NCBI GenBank assembly: GCA_033763315.1
Contig: JANRKS010000032.1
Location: forward strand, 160,001-224,000
DNA: 64,000 nt
Direction: 5' to 3'
DNA from: Deltaproteobacteria bacterium
Lineage (GTDB): Bacteria > Myxococcota_A > Polyangia > Fen-1088
Within the stretch, counting starts at the first letter, position 1. Each line of letters begins with the position of its first letter. Position numbers and translations under genes: made by a program. Of this stretch, positions 1-9,043 are shown piece by piece. The notes beneath the pieces were generated by a model, which ran no database searches, was not told the DNA's origin, and saw nothing but the letters and a program-made list of their open reading frames with translations.

Positions 1-1057
1 GCGCTTTCGGCTTGTGGGTCAATCCACGGCCATCAAGCAGGTGTATGCCGTCATCGATAAGGTGGCCGACACGCCGTCCACGGTGCTCGTCACGGGTGAA
101 TCGGGCACCGGCAAAGAGCTGATCGCGCGCGCTTTGCACGAAAACTCATCACGTCGCGCGGGTCCGTTTATCAAGATCAACTGCGCCGCGATCCCGAAAA
201 CGCTGATGGAATCGGAGCTGTTCGGTTACGAGAAAGGCGCGTTCACGGGCGCCGTGGGTGCCAAGCCCGGGCGTTTCGAGCTGGCGCACGAAGGCACGCT
301 GTTTCTCGACGAAATCGGCGAAATCCCGGTCGAGATGCAGGTCAAGTTGCTGCGCGTGCTGCAAGAGTCTGAATTTGAACGCGTGGGTGGCATCAAGACG
401 ATCAAAGTGGATGTGCGCGTGGTGGCCGCCACGAACCGCGATCTGCAAGCCGAGCTGCAAACGGGCGCGTTTCGCGAAGATCTATATTACCGCCTTAACG
501 TGGTGCCGATTCAGTTGCCACCATTGCGGGAACGCACTGAAGACATTCCCTCGTTGGTGGATCACTTCGTTGCCAAGTTCAACGAGCGCCTTAAGAAGAA
601 GATCGCAGGCGTGGAGCCCGACGCGGTTGAAGCCCTCGTCAATTACCCGTGGCCCGGGAACATTCGTGAACTTGAGAACGTGATCGAACGAACGGTGTTG
701 TTCTCGGAAGGCCCGATGATTCGTTTGCCGGAACTCCCTGCCGACCTTTTGGGCCCGCGCGCGCAGGACAAAACCGATTCGCGGACCAGTGGCACGCGCC
801 CCGTGGTGGGTGCGGTGGTGGACCGCGCCGCCGACGAAGCGGGTTCGTCGCCGTTGGCCACCCAGGGCGAGGGCGTAAGCTCGCTCAAAGAAGCGGTAAA
901 AGCCGAGACGGAGCGTGTGGAGCGAGAGCTCATCCAGCGCGCGTTGGACGAAACCGGGGGCAACGTGACCCAAGCGGCGCGCAAGCTCAAGATTTCGCGC
1001 AAGAGCCTGCAAACCAAGATGAAGGAACTTGGCCTGCGCGATCGGGAGGGGAGCTAG
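1..1057 (+). CDS. sigma-54-dependent transcriptional activator (NtrC family), 5' end outside window
   Basis: Walker [15 protein letters not shown] loop, LFLDEIGE Walker [19 protein letters not shown]-terminal Fis-type HTH. Confidence 0.95.
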   Translation, partial: RFRLVGQSTAIKQVYAVIDKVADTPSTVLVTGESGTGKELIARALHENSSRRAGPFIKINCAAIPKTLMESELFGYEKGAFTGAVGAKPGRFELAHEGTLFLDEIGEIPVEMQVKLLRVLQESEFERVGGIKTIKVDVRVVAATNRDLQAELQTGAFREDLYYRLNVVPIQLPPLRERTEDIPSLVDHFVAKFNERLKKKIAGVEPDAVEALVNYPWPGNIRELENVIERTVLFSEGPMIRLPELPADLLGPRAQDKTDSRTSGTRPVVGAVVDRAADEAGSSPLATQGEGVSSLKEAVKAETERVERELIQRALDETGGNVTQAARKLKISRKSLQTKMKELGLRDREGS

Positions 1058-1145
1058 CCAACAAGGCCCATCTCGGTGTGGCCGCGGTTTGTGCGGCGAT
1101 GCCAGGTCAAGGCGCGGCGGGACTGTGTTATTGTCCCTCGTCGCC

Positions 1146-2468
1146 GTGCCTTCCATCCACTTCACGTTCAAGCCGGGTCGTGCGAGCCGGGCTTTCTTCC
1201 TTCCTGCGTTGGGCTTGGCCTGTGCGGGTGGGCTTGGGCTTGTTGCCTTCACAAGCCACTTTGCGCTGGCGGCGGAAGCCACCCGCGTGGTGTCCGCGGG
1301 CGACGACGACAACCCCTATGACCTAAACCTGTCGCTCGTGTACGGGCACGAGGCACGCCAGGGTCAGCTGATGCGCGAAAGCACGTCGGCCGCGGGCGAG
1401 GTTGTGCGCGTGCCCGATCAGATCTTTAAGCAAACGCGTGACACGCTCAACGTGCGGATGGACATTGGCCTGCTGCCTGACATCGGCTTGTTTTTGAACT
1501 TGCCGCTTGTCATCGCAGACAACCGCACGTTGTCGTTCGATGACACCGACGCGGGCACGTCATCCTTGCTGCGTGACCAGTTGCTGCCGGGCTTTGGCCA
1601 AGCCGATTATGGCATCGATGCCGTTCATGGCCGCAGCTTCACGGGCCCTTCATCGAAGACGTTCGCCGGCCCCACGCGCAAAGGCTTGGAGTACCTGGCG
1701 TTCGGTTTGAATTGGGCGATGTTCAATCAAAAGCGCGTGGCCGCGGAACCCACGTGGCTGCTGGGTTTTGAAGCGCGCGTGGACGTGTCGAAGACGATGC
1801 GTTTTGATCCAAACAAGCCCAAAGCCAACACGGCCGTCGGGCCCGGATACCACCAGCTGCTCGTCAACACGATGGCTTCGCGGCGCTTTGGTCCGCTTGA
1901 GCCGTACGTAGGCGGTTGGTACATGTTCCCGATCAAAACGGCCAGCAGCCCATTTGAAAAGCAGGGCATGGGCAGCGAAGCCATGTCGAACCCGCAGCAG
2001 CGCGCTTACGTGACGGCGGGCGTAGAAGCCACCGTGTGGGAACGCCCCGACGAACACCAAAGCATTTCGCTCGAGCTGCGGATGAGCGTGGAGACGCGCT
2101 TTTTGGGCCTGGCGCGCAGTGATCTGTGGGAACCGCTGTCGGGCAGCGCCACGTGCGCGAACACGCCGGCCACCGGCTGCCGCCCTGGCTTGGACAGCCA
2201 AGACCTGGATGGCGACGGCAAGGTGGACCCGAACTCTGGGATCACCCGCAGCCCCACCTACGGCATCTTCGGTGGCGACGTGGGCCTCAACGTGCGCGCC
2301 GGCGAGCACGTGCGGTTCCGCGGCATCTTCGGGCTCACAGCCGAGCAGAACCGCTTCATGACCGACGCGCGCTCCAACTACAGCAGCTTCGACAGCCCCG
2401 GCCGCCGCTTCTACGTGCAAGACGCTTACGGTTACCGCCTGCTGCTCGACGGCGCGATCTTGTTCTAA
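1146..2468 (+). CDS. putative outer-membrane beta-barrel protein
   Basis: Signal peptide ending FALA|A if started at GTG 1146 (start uncertain); amphipathic strands; terminal Phe (GAILF); DLDGDGKVD Ca-loop-like motif. Confidence 0.65.
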   Translation: MPSIHFTFKPGRASRAFFLPALGLACAGGLGLVAFTSHFALAAEATRVVSAGDDDNPYDLNLSLVYGHEARQGQLMRESTSAAGEVVRVPDQIFKQTRDTLNVRMDIGLLPDIGLFLNLPLVIADNRTLSFDDTDAGTSSLLRDQLLPGFGQADYGIDAVHGRSFTGPSSKTFAGPTRKGLEYLAFGLNWAMFNQKRVAAEPTWLLGFEARVDVSKTMRFDPNKPKANTAVGPGYHQLLVNTMASRRFGPLEPYVGGWYMFPIKTASSPFEKQGMGSEAMSNPQQRAYVTAGVEATVWERPDEHQSISLELRMSVETRFLGLARSDLWEPLSGSATCANTPATGCRPGLDSQDLDGDGKVDPNSGITRSPTYGIFGGDVGLNVRAGEHVRFRGIFGLTAEQNRFMTDARSNYSSFDSPGRRFYVQDAYGYRLLLDGAILF

Positions 2469-2498
2469 CGTTTGCGAAAGAACAAAGATCCAGGAACG

Positions 2499-2927
2499 TT
2501 AGTCGCTCCAGCTCAAGACAGTAAGACCTTCCCGCGCCGCCGCGTCAGCAAGCCGCCTATCGAGAACCACCATGGTTAGGGGCGCAGCGCTCTCGGCTGC
2601 GAAGAGCGCTGCGGCCAATTGCATTGCATCAGCGGCACGTAGGGCGTGCCTCGCCAACACGGTCAAGGCTCGCGATCGAACCGCGGACACGTCTATGATT
2701 TCGTGGGCGTTGGAAGCGATTTGTTCTGCTCGCTGGAGTAGCTTCGTTCGCTGGTCGCGGCCAATGACGCCCTCACGGGCTCGTCTTTCAATTGACGAGG
2801 CCATTTCAACACGCGTTAATGTCCAGACGATGACGTCAGAATCCTCCTGCAACCACCGTTGTGCTAACGCGGAGCCGGGTTCGGTTACCAGCAGGGGCAA
2901 GATGGCTGAGGCATCCCAAAACCTCAA
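2499..2927 (-). CDS. vapC: VapC/PIN-domain toxin
   Basis: FWDASAILPL N-terminus, E in RVEMAS, LRAADAMQLA, VLDRRL PIN motifs; TTG start overlaps the antitoxin stop. Confidence 0.9.
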   Translation of the reverse strand: MRFWDASAILPLLVTEPGSALAQRWLQEDSDVIVWTLTRVEMASSIERRAREGVIGRDQRTKLLQRAEQIASNAHEIIDVSAVRSRALTVLARHALRAADAMQLAAALFAAESAAPLTMVVLDRRLADAAAREGLTVLSWSD

Positions 2928-3217
2928 AAGCGATCCTCTCGTTCCTCGTCGAGTGCAGTGGCGAGGCCGGGCGGCCCGATGTCGATCGGCGCTTCCGTGA
3001 GGATCCAACTTAAGTCACCAGACCCTCTTCTAATGCTGCCCGCTTCGATCAGAGTGCTGATGCGGGCATCAACCGCCCCTCGCATGGCACCCGAGAGTCC
3101 TACCAGGCGTGCGATTGGCGTGCCCCTGTCCTCTATCTGAACCTCGCTTCCACGCTGGACCATCCGCAAAAAGCGGGACAAATTGGCCTTCACTTCGCTG
3201 ACAGACGCGCGCGCCAT
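2924..3217 (-). CDS. Phd/YefM-family antitoxin
   Basis: MARASVSEVKANLSRFLRMVQRGSEVQIEDRGTPIARLV is a typical Phd fold; directly upstream of the PIN toxin. Confidence 0.9.
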   Translation of the reverse strand: MARASVSEVKANLSRFLRMVQRGSEVQIEDRGTPIARLVGLSGAMRGAVDARISTLIEAGSIRRGSGDLSWILTEAPIDIGPPGLATALDEEREDRF

Positions 3218-3252
3218 ATGACCATTATAGTCATCTGAGCGCCGCATTTCCA
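3218..3252 (-). promoter_or_regulatory. sigma70 promoter and palindromic operator of the TA operon
   Basis: TATAAT (3229-3224) with TGGAAA 17 bp upstream; ATGAC-N7-GTCAT palindrome (3218-3234) straddles the -10; 6 nt to ATG. Confidence 0.7.
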
Positions 3253-3270
3253 GACCATTTAGAACTGAGG

Positions 3271-4254
3271 TCAGCGGGTCAGATGAACAACGCCGGCCAC
3301 GATGCCTACGGCCACACCCAGCAGCAAGATCACCTTGATCCAAGGGAAAGGGGGCTTGAGGTTGGGGATGTGGCCGTCGCCTGGGTCTGCCGCGGCCTCT
3401 GCGGGCGAAGGGGCGACAAACGCAGGTGCCGCCGGTGGCGGGACGAACACCGGTGCTGGTGGGGGCGGCTCAAATGCCACGGGCGCGGCGGGCACCCATT
3501 GTGAAGGTTCGGGTGGGGGCGGCGTGGCGGTGACCGTGATGTGAACCGGCGCGGGCTTGGCGCGCTCGGGAATTGGCGGCGGCGTGCGCTCGATGGGAGG
3601 TGTGGCGGGAGGCGCCGGCGGTCGCGCTGGGGCCGTCGGCGCCGGACGCTTTTGTGCGGCGGAGGCCGCCTCGGCGAACGGCTGTGGCGCTTGCGCTGGC
3701 GCGATCGGTTTGGCGGTCACGGGGCGTGGAGCCACGGGCGCTTCAGACACAGGGGGACGTGCAGCCGGCGGTGGTGTGGCCGGCCGAGGCGTGGCGACGG
3801 GCGACGCCAAGCTGACCGGGGTGGGCCGATCGTCCGTCTCCGGCCGCCAGCTGGAAACAGGTGTGTCGCGTTGGGCGGGCTGGGGTGTCCGCTGCACAAC
3901 GGGCGCCGGGGTTGGCGCAGGCGTCGCTTGCGTCACCACGGGCGCCGGGGTGGGGGCGCGTGGCGTCTGCAGCACCGCGGGGGAAGGCGTGACAACCGGC
4001 GGTGGCGTGGCTTCCGCCGGGGCAGCCGTCGGGGCCAATGTGCCTGCCAGCAGTTTGCGTTCGATGGCGACCTGGTCGAACACCCCATACATGACGGCGT
4101 TGACGCGGCTTTTGAAGTGATGACGGCCCTCGTTTAAGGCCGCCGTGAGGTCGCCTCCGGAAGCAATCAGGTCTTTGTTGTAAAGCTGAATGTCCGAGAT
4201 GATCACGCGGGCCAGGCGCTTTGCCGCCTCTTCTGTTTCGATGAGCGTTGCCAA
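3271..4254 (-). CDS. Pro-rich protein with a small N-terminal helical domain and C-terminal TM anchor
   Basis: N-terminal AAKRLARVIISDIQLYN segment, ~220 aa Pro/Ala linker, terminal hydrophobic helix. Confidence 0.75.
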   Translation of the reverse strand: MATLIETEEAAKRLARVIISDIQLYNKDLIASGGDLTAALNEGRHHFKSRVNAVMYGVFDQVAIERKLLAGTLAPTAAPAEATPPPVVTPSPAVLQTPRAPTPAPVVTQATPAPTPAPVVQRTPQPAQRDTPVSSWRPETDDRPTPVSLASPVATPRPATPPPAARPPVSEAPVAPRPVTAKPIAPAQAPQPFAEAASAAQKRPAPTAPARPPAPPATPPIERTPPPIPERAKPAPVHITVTATPPPPEPSQWVPAAPVAFEPPPPAPVFVPPPAAPAFVAPSPAEAAADPGDGHIPNLKPPFPWIKVILLLGVAVGIVAGVVHLTR

Positions 4255-4493
4255 AACGTCTTTAGCATCGGCCGACTGCGGCTTTTTCGGAAGTCCCTGA
4301 TGCTGTTTTCTTGCCGGACCCCGTCAAACCGGGGCCGCCATCGGTCCCAATCCCGACCGTTGGCGGCAAGGATACCCACGGTCAGCCTTGCGTTCTTGTC
4401 CCTTCGAGGCGCCCTGCGACCGTGGCCCGGAGGGAATGAAGAACTTGCAATTGGCGCCGCCTCCGTCGACAACGTTTCACGGAGGTAAATACT

Positions 4494-5138
4494 TTGCGAC
4501 CAAACTTGTGTGTGACCGTATCCGCCTTGTTGTTGTCCCACGCGGCCTTGGCCCAGGACGCTTTCGTGTCGCCGGCGCCTGTTGCGGCTCCGTCAATCGA
4601 TCGGACAGGCCGCCCCGTGCCAAGCACCGTAGGCTTCGGCATCGGCACCAGCATCAACAGCATGTCCGATCTAACCCAACCCAACACAGCCGGCGTGCGC
4701 TTTGTGTTGAACGATCGTTGGATCTTGGAACCCACGTTGCGCTTGTCGCACACGTCGAACTCTGTGGACACCCCGGGCTCCACAGCCACCGTTAGCACCA
4801 GCTCCACCACCTTCAGCCTCGGCACGATGGCGCGTGCCAAGCTGGCCTCACGCGGGCCGGTTGATCTTGCAGGCTTGGGCGGGCTCAACTTCGGTTTGAC
4901 GTCGGAAGACGTGGCCAACGATCGCAGCACAACAACACTATCGTTGATGTGGGGCTTGGGTTTGTCGTGGTACTTCAACCCTTCGTGGGCGTTAAGCCTC
5001 GATGTCACCAACCCGCTGTTCTCGCTGAGCCGTTCATCTGTGGAGAGCATCGGTGGCGACACGGTCAACACCGCCTGGACCGCGGGCGCGATCTGGGATC
5101 ACACCAACGCGTTGTTGATGTTGTATTTCTATATGTAA
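4494..5138 (+). CDS. outer-membrane beta-barrel protein (small, OmpA/OmpW-like size)
   Basis: GGAGGT SD before TTG, signal peptide AALA|Q, amphipathic strands, aromatic C-terminus LYFYM. Confidence 0.75.
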   Translation: MRPNLCVTVSALLLSHAALAQDAFVSPAPVAAPSIDRTGRPVPSTVGFGIGTSINSMSDLTQPNTAGVRFVLNDRWILEPTLRLSHTSNSVDTPGSTATVSTSSTTFSLGTMARAKLASRGPVDLAGLGGLNFGLTSEDVANDRSTTTLSLMWGLGLSWYFNPSWALSLDVTNPLFSLSRSSVESIGGDTVNTAWTAGAIWDHTNALLMLYFYM

Positions 5139-5139
5139 T

Positions 5140-7161
5140 TCACGGCACCCACGGCGCGATCATCGGCTCAAGGGTTACACCTTCGAAGTCGATGAAGCGC
5201 TTGGGTGTCAGTCCCGCGAGATCAAGCTCCATCAAGCGGATGGGCGCGGCAGAATCTGTGTCCCACAGCGATGTGTACACGGGCAACTTCTTGACCGTGA
5301 CCCATTGGCTTTGGTCATAGACCTGCGACACGGCATAAGCGCGCACACTTGAATCAAGTGATCCGGATGTGCCGCTGTAGACGTGCAAGGTGGGCAGCGT
5401 TTGGGCCGGGAAACCGGGCTCCACTTCCAAAGACAAAGTGGGGCGGGTGCCCGCAAAACCAATTGCGGCGAACTTCGCGGTTGCGGGTATGAACAGCTTC
5501 AGGTTCTCTTCGTAGGTCATCATGCACACGAAGGTGGCGGGGTTGGTGGTGGCGATTTGGATGGTTGCCTTGGCAAGCGATCGGCTGCCGTAACTCGCGT
5601 AGGCAACAATTTCGGGACCTGTGGCCGCGACCGAGTTAATGACTGTTGTGCCACCCGCGCCCGTGCCGTTGTACGCCGTACGTGCGGATGCCAAAGGCAA
5701 CGTCGCGTAAGCGGCAAATCCCAGACCTTGCGCCATCGCCTGGCAGTGGGTCGTCAGCAATGCCGTCGCCGTACGGCCCACGCCAGCGATCATATAGGGA
5801 GCTCCTGAAACGGGCTCAAACGCCACTTCGGCTTTGTTATTCGCAGGCGCCAAGGGCATGTCAGGATACACCACGGGCCCAAGCTTCGTGGCCGCACCTT
5901 GCGCTGCTTCGATCCGGTAAAGTTCGCGCATGCTGCCAAGGCTGCGTGCTGCCAGAAGCGTTGAGGACGTGGCGTCGAACGCCAATGCTTGTGCGCTGAC
6001 GATGGTCGTGGGCCCCAGATCCGCAACGGCACCTGTGGTGGGGTTGATGCTTTTGAGCAAATAGGGGCTGAGCGACGGCACGGTGAACAAGCTGCCTTTT
6101 CCAAACGCCAGCGTGGAGGTGGACGTGATGGTTGCAAGTTTTGTGAGGGCGCCGGTCTTAAGATCAACGCGGTTGATGCCGCCTGTGGTGTCTAACGCGA
6201 ACAACGTCTTTGTGGCTGTATCGGCCGTCAACTTGGCCACGCTGGTGCCACCGAACATGGGTTGCACCGCCACCGCCGTTTTGCCAACGGGATCGATCGC
6301 CAACAGCATGCGTGTGGAACGCACGCTGCCCACGCCGAGAAAACGTGTGGTAGCCGGGATCGCCGACACACACAGCCCTGAAGCGGCATCGCGTGTGTAG
6401 CCCGCGTCGCATTCACTGCAGCCCGTGCCCGCATAGCCTGGTTTACACACGCAGGCTGGGATCGGCTTGGTGGTGTCGCATACCCCGTTTGTGCCGCATT
6501 CGGCGGCGGTGCAGCTTTTGGCGCATTGGCCATCGGCGGTCATGACGAAACCCGCACGACATTGATCGCATTTTTCACCAATCGTGTTGTCGGCGCACTT
6601 TACGCAAGTGTTATCGGCCGCGCGTTTGAAGCCGGTGAGGCATTGCTCGCACGAGGCGCCGGTGCTGTTGGGCGGGCACGCGCACTTCGCTGCTCCCGTA
6701 GCGTCGGAACACACTAACGGGGGGGCGCACGACATCATGGTGACGAGCGCCGTGCACGTTGCGGTGCACGTGCCGTTGTTGTCGTTGTCTTGAAATCCCG
6801 CCGTGCATGTTTGACATGTGCGGCCGGCATACCCGGCGCTGCAGGTGCATTCGTCTAAGCCGGTGCCCGTAACCTTACATGTGCCATTGCGTCCGCAAAT
6901 AGAGGCATTCTTTGAACAGTCGATGGCCACGGCTTGGCAGCTGCCGTCAATGGCCTTTTCAAACCCTCGGGCGCACGCAGAACAATCAGTGCCTGAGTAC
7001 GCTTCTAAGCAGCGGCATGCCGGAGGAGAGGTTGCCACGTCGCACGCCTGCCGTGGGCCACACATGATGGCGCCGCAAGCGGCGGGTTTCTCATCGTTGC
7101 CGCCGCAGGAAGGCCATAAGATCACCGCACACGCGAACAAAGCCAGCGCCAGACGATTCAT
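5140..7161 (-). CDS. lipoprotein with EGF/laminin-like Cys repeats and a beta-propeller-like region
   Basis: Lipobox-like LWPSC; repeated CxCxxGY(A/S)GxxCxxCxxG(F/Y); C-terminal Cys-poor beta-rich region. Confidence 0.8.
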   Translation of the reverse strand: MNRLALALFACAVILWPSCGGNDEKPAACGAIMCGPRQACDVATSPPACRCLEAYSGTDCSACARGFEKAIDGSCQAVAIDCSKNASICGRNGTCKVTGTGLDECTCSAGYAGRTCQTCTAGFQDNDNNGTCTATCTALVTMMSCAPPLVCSDATGAAKCACPPNSTGASCEQCLTGFKRAADNTCVKCADNTIGEKCDQCRAGFVMTADGQCAKSCTAAECGTNGVCDTTKPIPACVCKPGYAGTGCSECDAGYTRDAASGLCVSAIPATTRFLGVGSVRSTRMLLAIDPVGKTAVAVQPMFGGTSVAKLTADTATKTLFALDTTGGINRVDLKTGALTKLATITSTSTLAFGKGSLFTVPSLSPYLLKSINPTTGAVADLGPTTIVSAQALAFDATSSTLLAARSLGSMRELYRIEAAQGAATKLGPVVYPDMPLAPANNKAEVAFEPVSGAPYMIAGVGRTATALLTTHCQAMAQGLGFAAYATLPLASARTAYNGTGAGGTTVINSVAATGPEIVAYASYGSRSLAKATIQIATTNPATFVCMMTYEENLKLFIPATAKFAAIGFAGTRPTLSLEVEPGFPAQTLPTLHVYSGTSGSLDSSVRAYAVSQVYDQSQWVTVKKLPVYTSLWDTDSAAPIRLMELDLAGLTPKRFIDFEGVTLEPMIAPWVP

Positions 7162-7320
7162 TGTTTTTGTCCCCGTTAGAAGGCGCCCGCGCACCCGATT
7201 TCGGATGGCGAGGCTTGCAACCAGTCCGGCCGTAGGTTCGGCAGATTGCTGGAGGACTTTGAGGATCCGCGGGATCCGGAGCGGTCTGCTTGCGAGTTGT
7301 TCCTTGGCGGTAACGTCTGT

Positions 7321-7560
7321 CTAAGCTGTCCCGCGTGCCTTCGCTACCCGCTTCTTGGCCGGGTGCGGCCCCTTTGTTGCCTTTTGGGCTTTTGTGGCCT
7401 TGCGAGGCTTGTGGCCCCAGTCGTCGTGCATGGCTTTGTAGCTTGTCCGGCTCACGCTGGACTTCTCTTTGGGCTTCGAATCACCACGTTCTTTATGGGC
7501 GTTGATGTTGTTCACCAGTGAGTTCTTCACGCCGAGTTCGTTGGTCTTCTTGCGCGCCAT
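7321..7560 (-). CDS. small basic Lys-rich hypothetical protein
   Basis: GGAG SD 5 nt before ATG; 79 aa; KATKAQKATK tail. Confidence 0.7.
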   Translation of the reverse strand: MARKKTNELGVKNSLVNNINAHKERGDSKPKEKSSVSRTSYKAMHDDWGHKPRKATKAQKATKGPHPAKKRVAKARGTA

Positions 7561-7630
7561 GCAGGCTCCATGGCGGCGTCAATGTGCAAACGCAGTGCCC
7601 GCTTGCGCCCGGCGTTTTGGTTTGTAACGC

Positions 7631-8467
7631 TTGCGCATGCCTCGGTCACCGCTGACGCTTGTGCAATTGCGAGAACGATACGTGACGCGCGCCCGCCCGA
7701 TGCCGGCCGACGTCGAGGCGGCCCTGCGCGCCGATCCGCGTCCGGGGGCACAAGCGCTGTTGACGGCGGTGCAGAAGCGACGTTTCGAGAACCGCGCCGA
7801 GGGGCAGCGTTTGCGAACGATGCTGCGCTTCGAAACGGAGCTTTGGTCACAAGGGCTGCAGTTGATTGCGGGCGTTGATGAAGCGGGTATGAGTCCGCTG
7901 GCGGGTCCTGTGGCAGCCGGCGCTGTGATCTTCTCGCCGGACACGCGCATCCCGGGTGTGGACGATTGCAAGCGCCTCGACGCCCGCGAGCGCGAACGTT
8001 TGGCGCCGCTGATTCGCGCCCAAGCGGTGGCGTGGTCTGTGGCTTTTGTGGAGCCCGATGAGATCGATTCACTCAACATCTATTGGGCTGGGGTGGCGGC
8101 GATGAAGCGCGCGGTGGCAGGCCTGGGCGTGGTTCCCGAACACGTGTTGCTTGACGGCCGCCGCATCAAAGACTTTCCCCACCCACAACGCGCGATCATC
8201 AAAGGTGATCAAAAGAGCCTCTCGATCGCCGCGGCCTCTATCTTGGCAAAAACCGAACGCGATGAACGCATGCGGCAGTTCGATGCCGTTCATCCGGGGT
8301 ATGGCTTTGCCGTGCACAAGGGATACCCGGTGAAGGCGCACCTCGCAGCGCTCGCGAAACTAGGGCCGTGCCCCATTCACAGGCGATCCTTTGCGCCCGT
8401 ACGGCAGGCGGCTGGGTTGCCACCCGACAATGCTACGGCTTCGCAAACGGCCGCACAATCACCATGA
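7631..8467 (+). CDS. rnhB: ribonuclease HII
   Basis: AGVDEAG, PLAGPV, DG, KGD, SIAAASILAK, HKGYP, HRRSF motifs. Confidence 0.95.
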   Translation: MRMPRSPLTLVQLRERYVTRARPMPADVEAALRADPRPGAQALLTAVQKRRFENRAEGQRLRTMLRFETELWSQGLQLIAGVDEAGMSPLAGPVAAGAVIFSPDTRIPGVDDCKRLDARERERLAPLIRAQAVAWSVAFVEPDEIDSLNIYWAGVAAMKRAVAGLGVVPEHVLLDGRRIKDFPHPQRAIIKGDQKSLSIAAASILAKTERDERMRQFDAVHPGYGFAVHKGYPVKAHLAALAKLGPCPIHRRSFAPVRQAAGLPPDNATASQTAAQSP

Positions 8468-8867
8468 TCACGATGATCACCATCAGCAACGTGGGCACTT
8501 CGTTCATCACGCGGAAGAACTTGTGCGACTTGAAGTTAGGCTCGGTGATCAAGCGCTTGCGCCATCCGCCCGACATGCCGTGAAGGCCCGCCAAAGCAAA
8601 AACGCATGTCAGTTTTACATGCATCCACGGTTGCTTAAGCCACAGCGGCACCATCACCAACATCGCGATGCCGGTGGCCAACGTGGCGATCATCGCGGGC
8701 GTGGCGATGGCCTTTTGCAGGCGTCGCTCCATCACGGCCAAACGGTCACGCACCACCTGCTCGGTTTCCATCGCGTGGTACACGAACAAGCGCAAAAGAT
8801 AAAGGGTGCCCGCCATCCACGAGATGAGCGAAATCAGATGAACGGCCTTGATCCATTGGTAAAGCAC
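8433..8867 (-). CDS. hemJ: protoporphyrinogen IX oxidase HemJ (CopD-like family)
   Basis: WIKAVHLISLISWMAGTLYL, RLFVYH, MERRL, W.HVKL, FFRVMNEVPT; likely GTG start at 8867. Confidence 0.9.
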   Translation of the reverse strand: MLYQWIKAVHLISLISWMAGTLYLLRLFVYHAMETEQVVRDRLAVMERRLQKAIATPAMIATLATGIAMLVMVPLWLKQPWMHVKLTCVFALAGLHGMSGGWRKRLITEPNFKSHKFFRVMNEVPTLLMVIIVIMVIVRPFAKP

Positions 8868-9043
8868 GGGCCGAGGGTAGCAGCGGCGCCTGCGATTCTC
8901 CAGCGGGCGTAACCCCCACCGGGCATGAAGGGCGAAAAATGTTTCGTTAGCACCCCATGGTGTAAAACCGATAAATACGATATGTGGACGCATGTGGGCG
9001 CGGGCGGCATCTAAACCCGGCCTCAACCTTTTGGGAGATTCAT

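Noticed and set aside
2465-2505. CTAACGTT...AACGTTAG inverted repeat resembling integron attC core sites
   Set aside because: Only ~40 bp, no internal L-box pairing, imperfect cores and no integrase; more likely a weak hairpin between convergent genes.
8433-8467. 35-bp 3' overlap of rnhB and hemJ
   Set aside because: Short convergent overlaps with a low-complexity tail are common; no sign of function.
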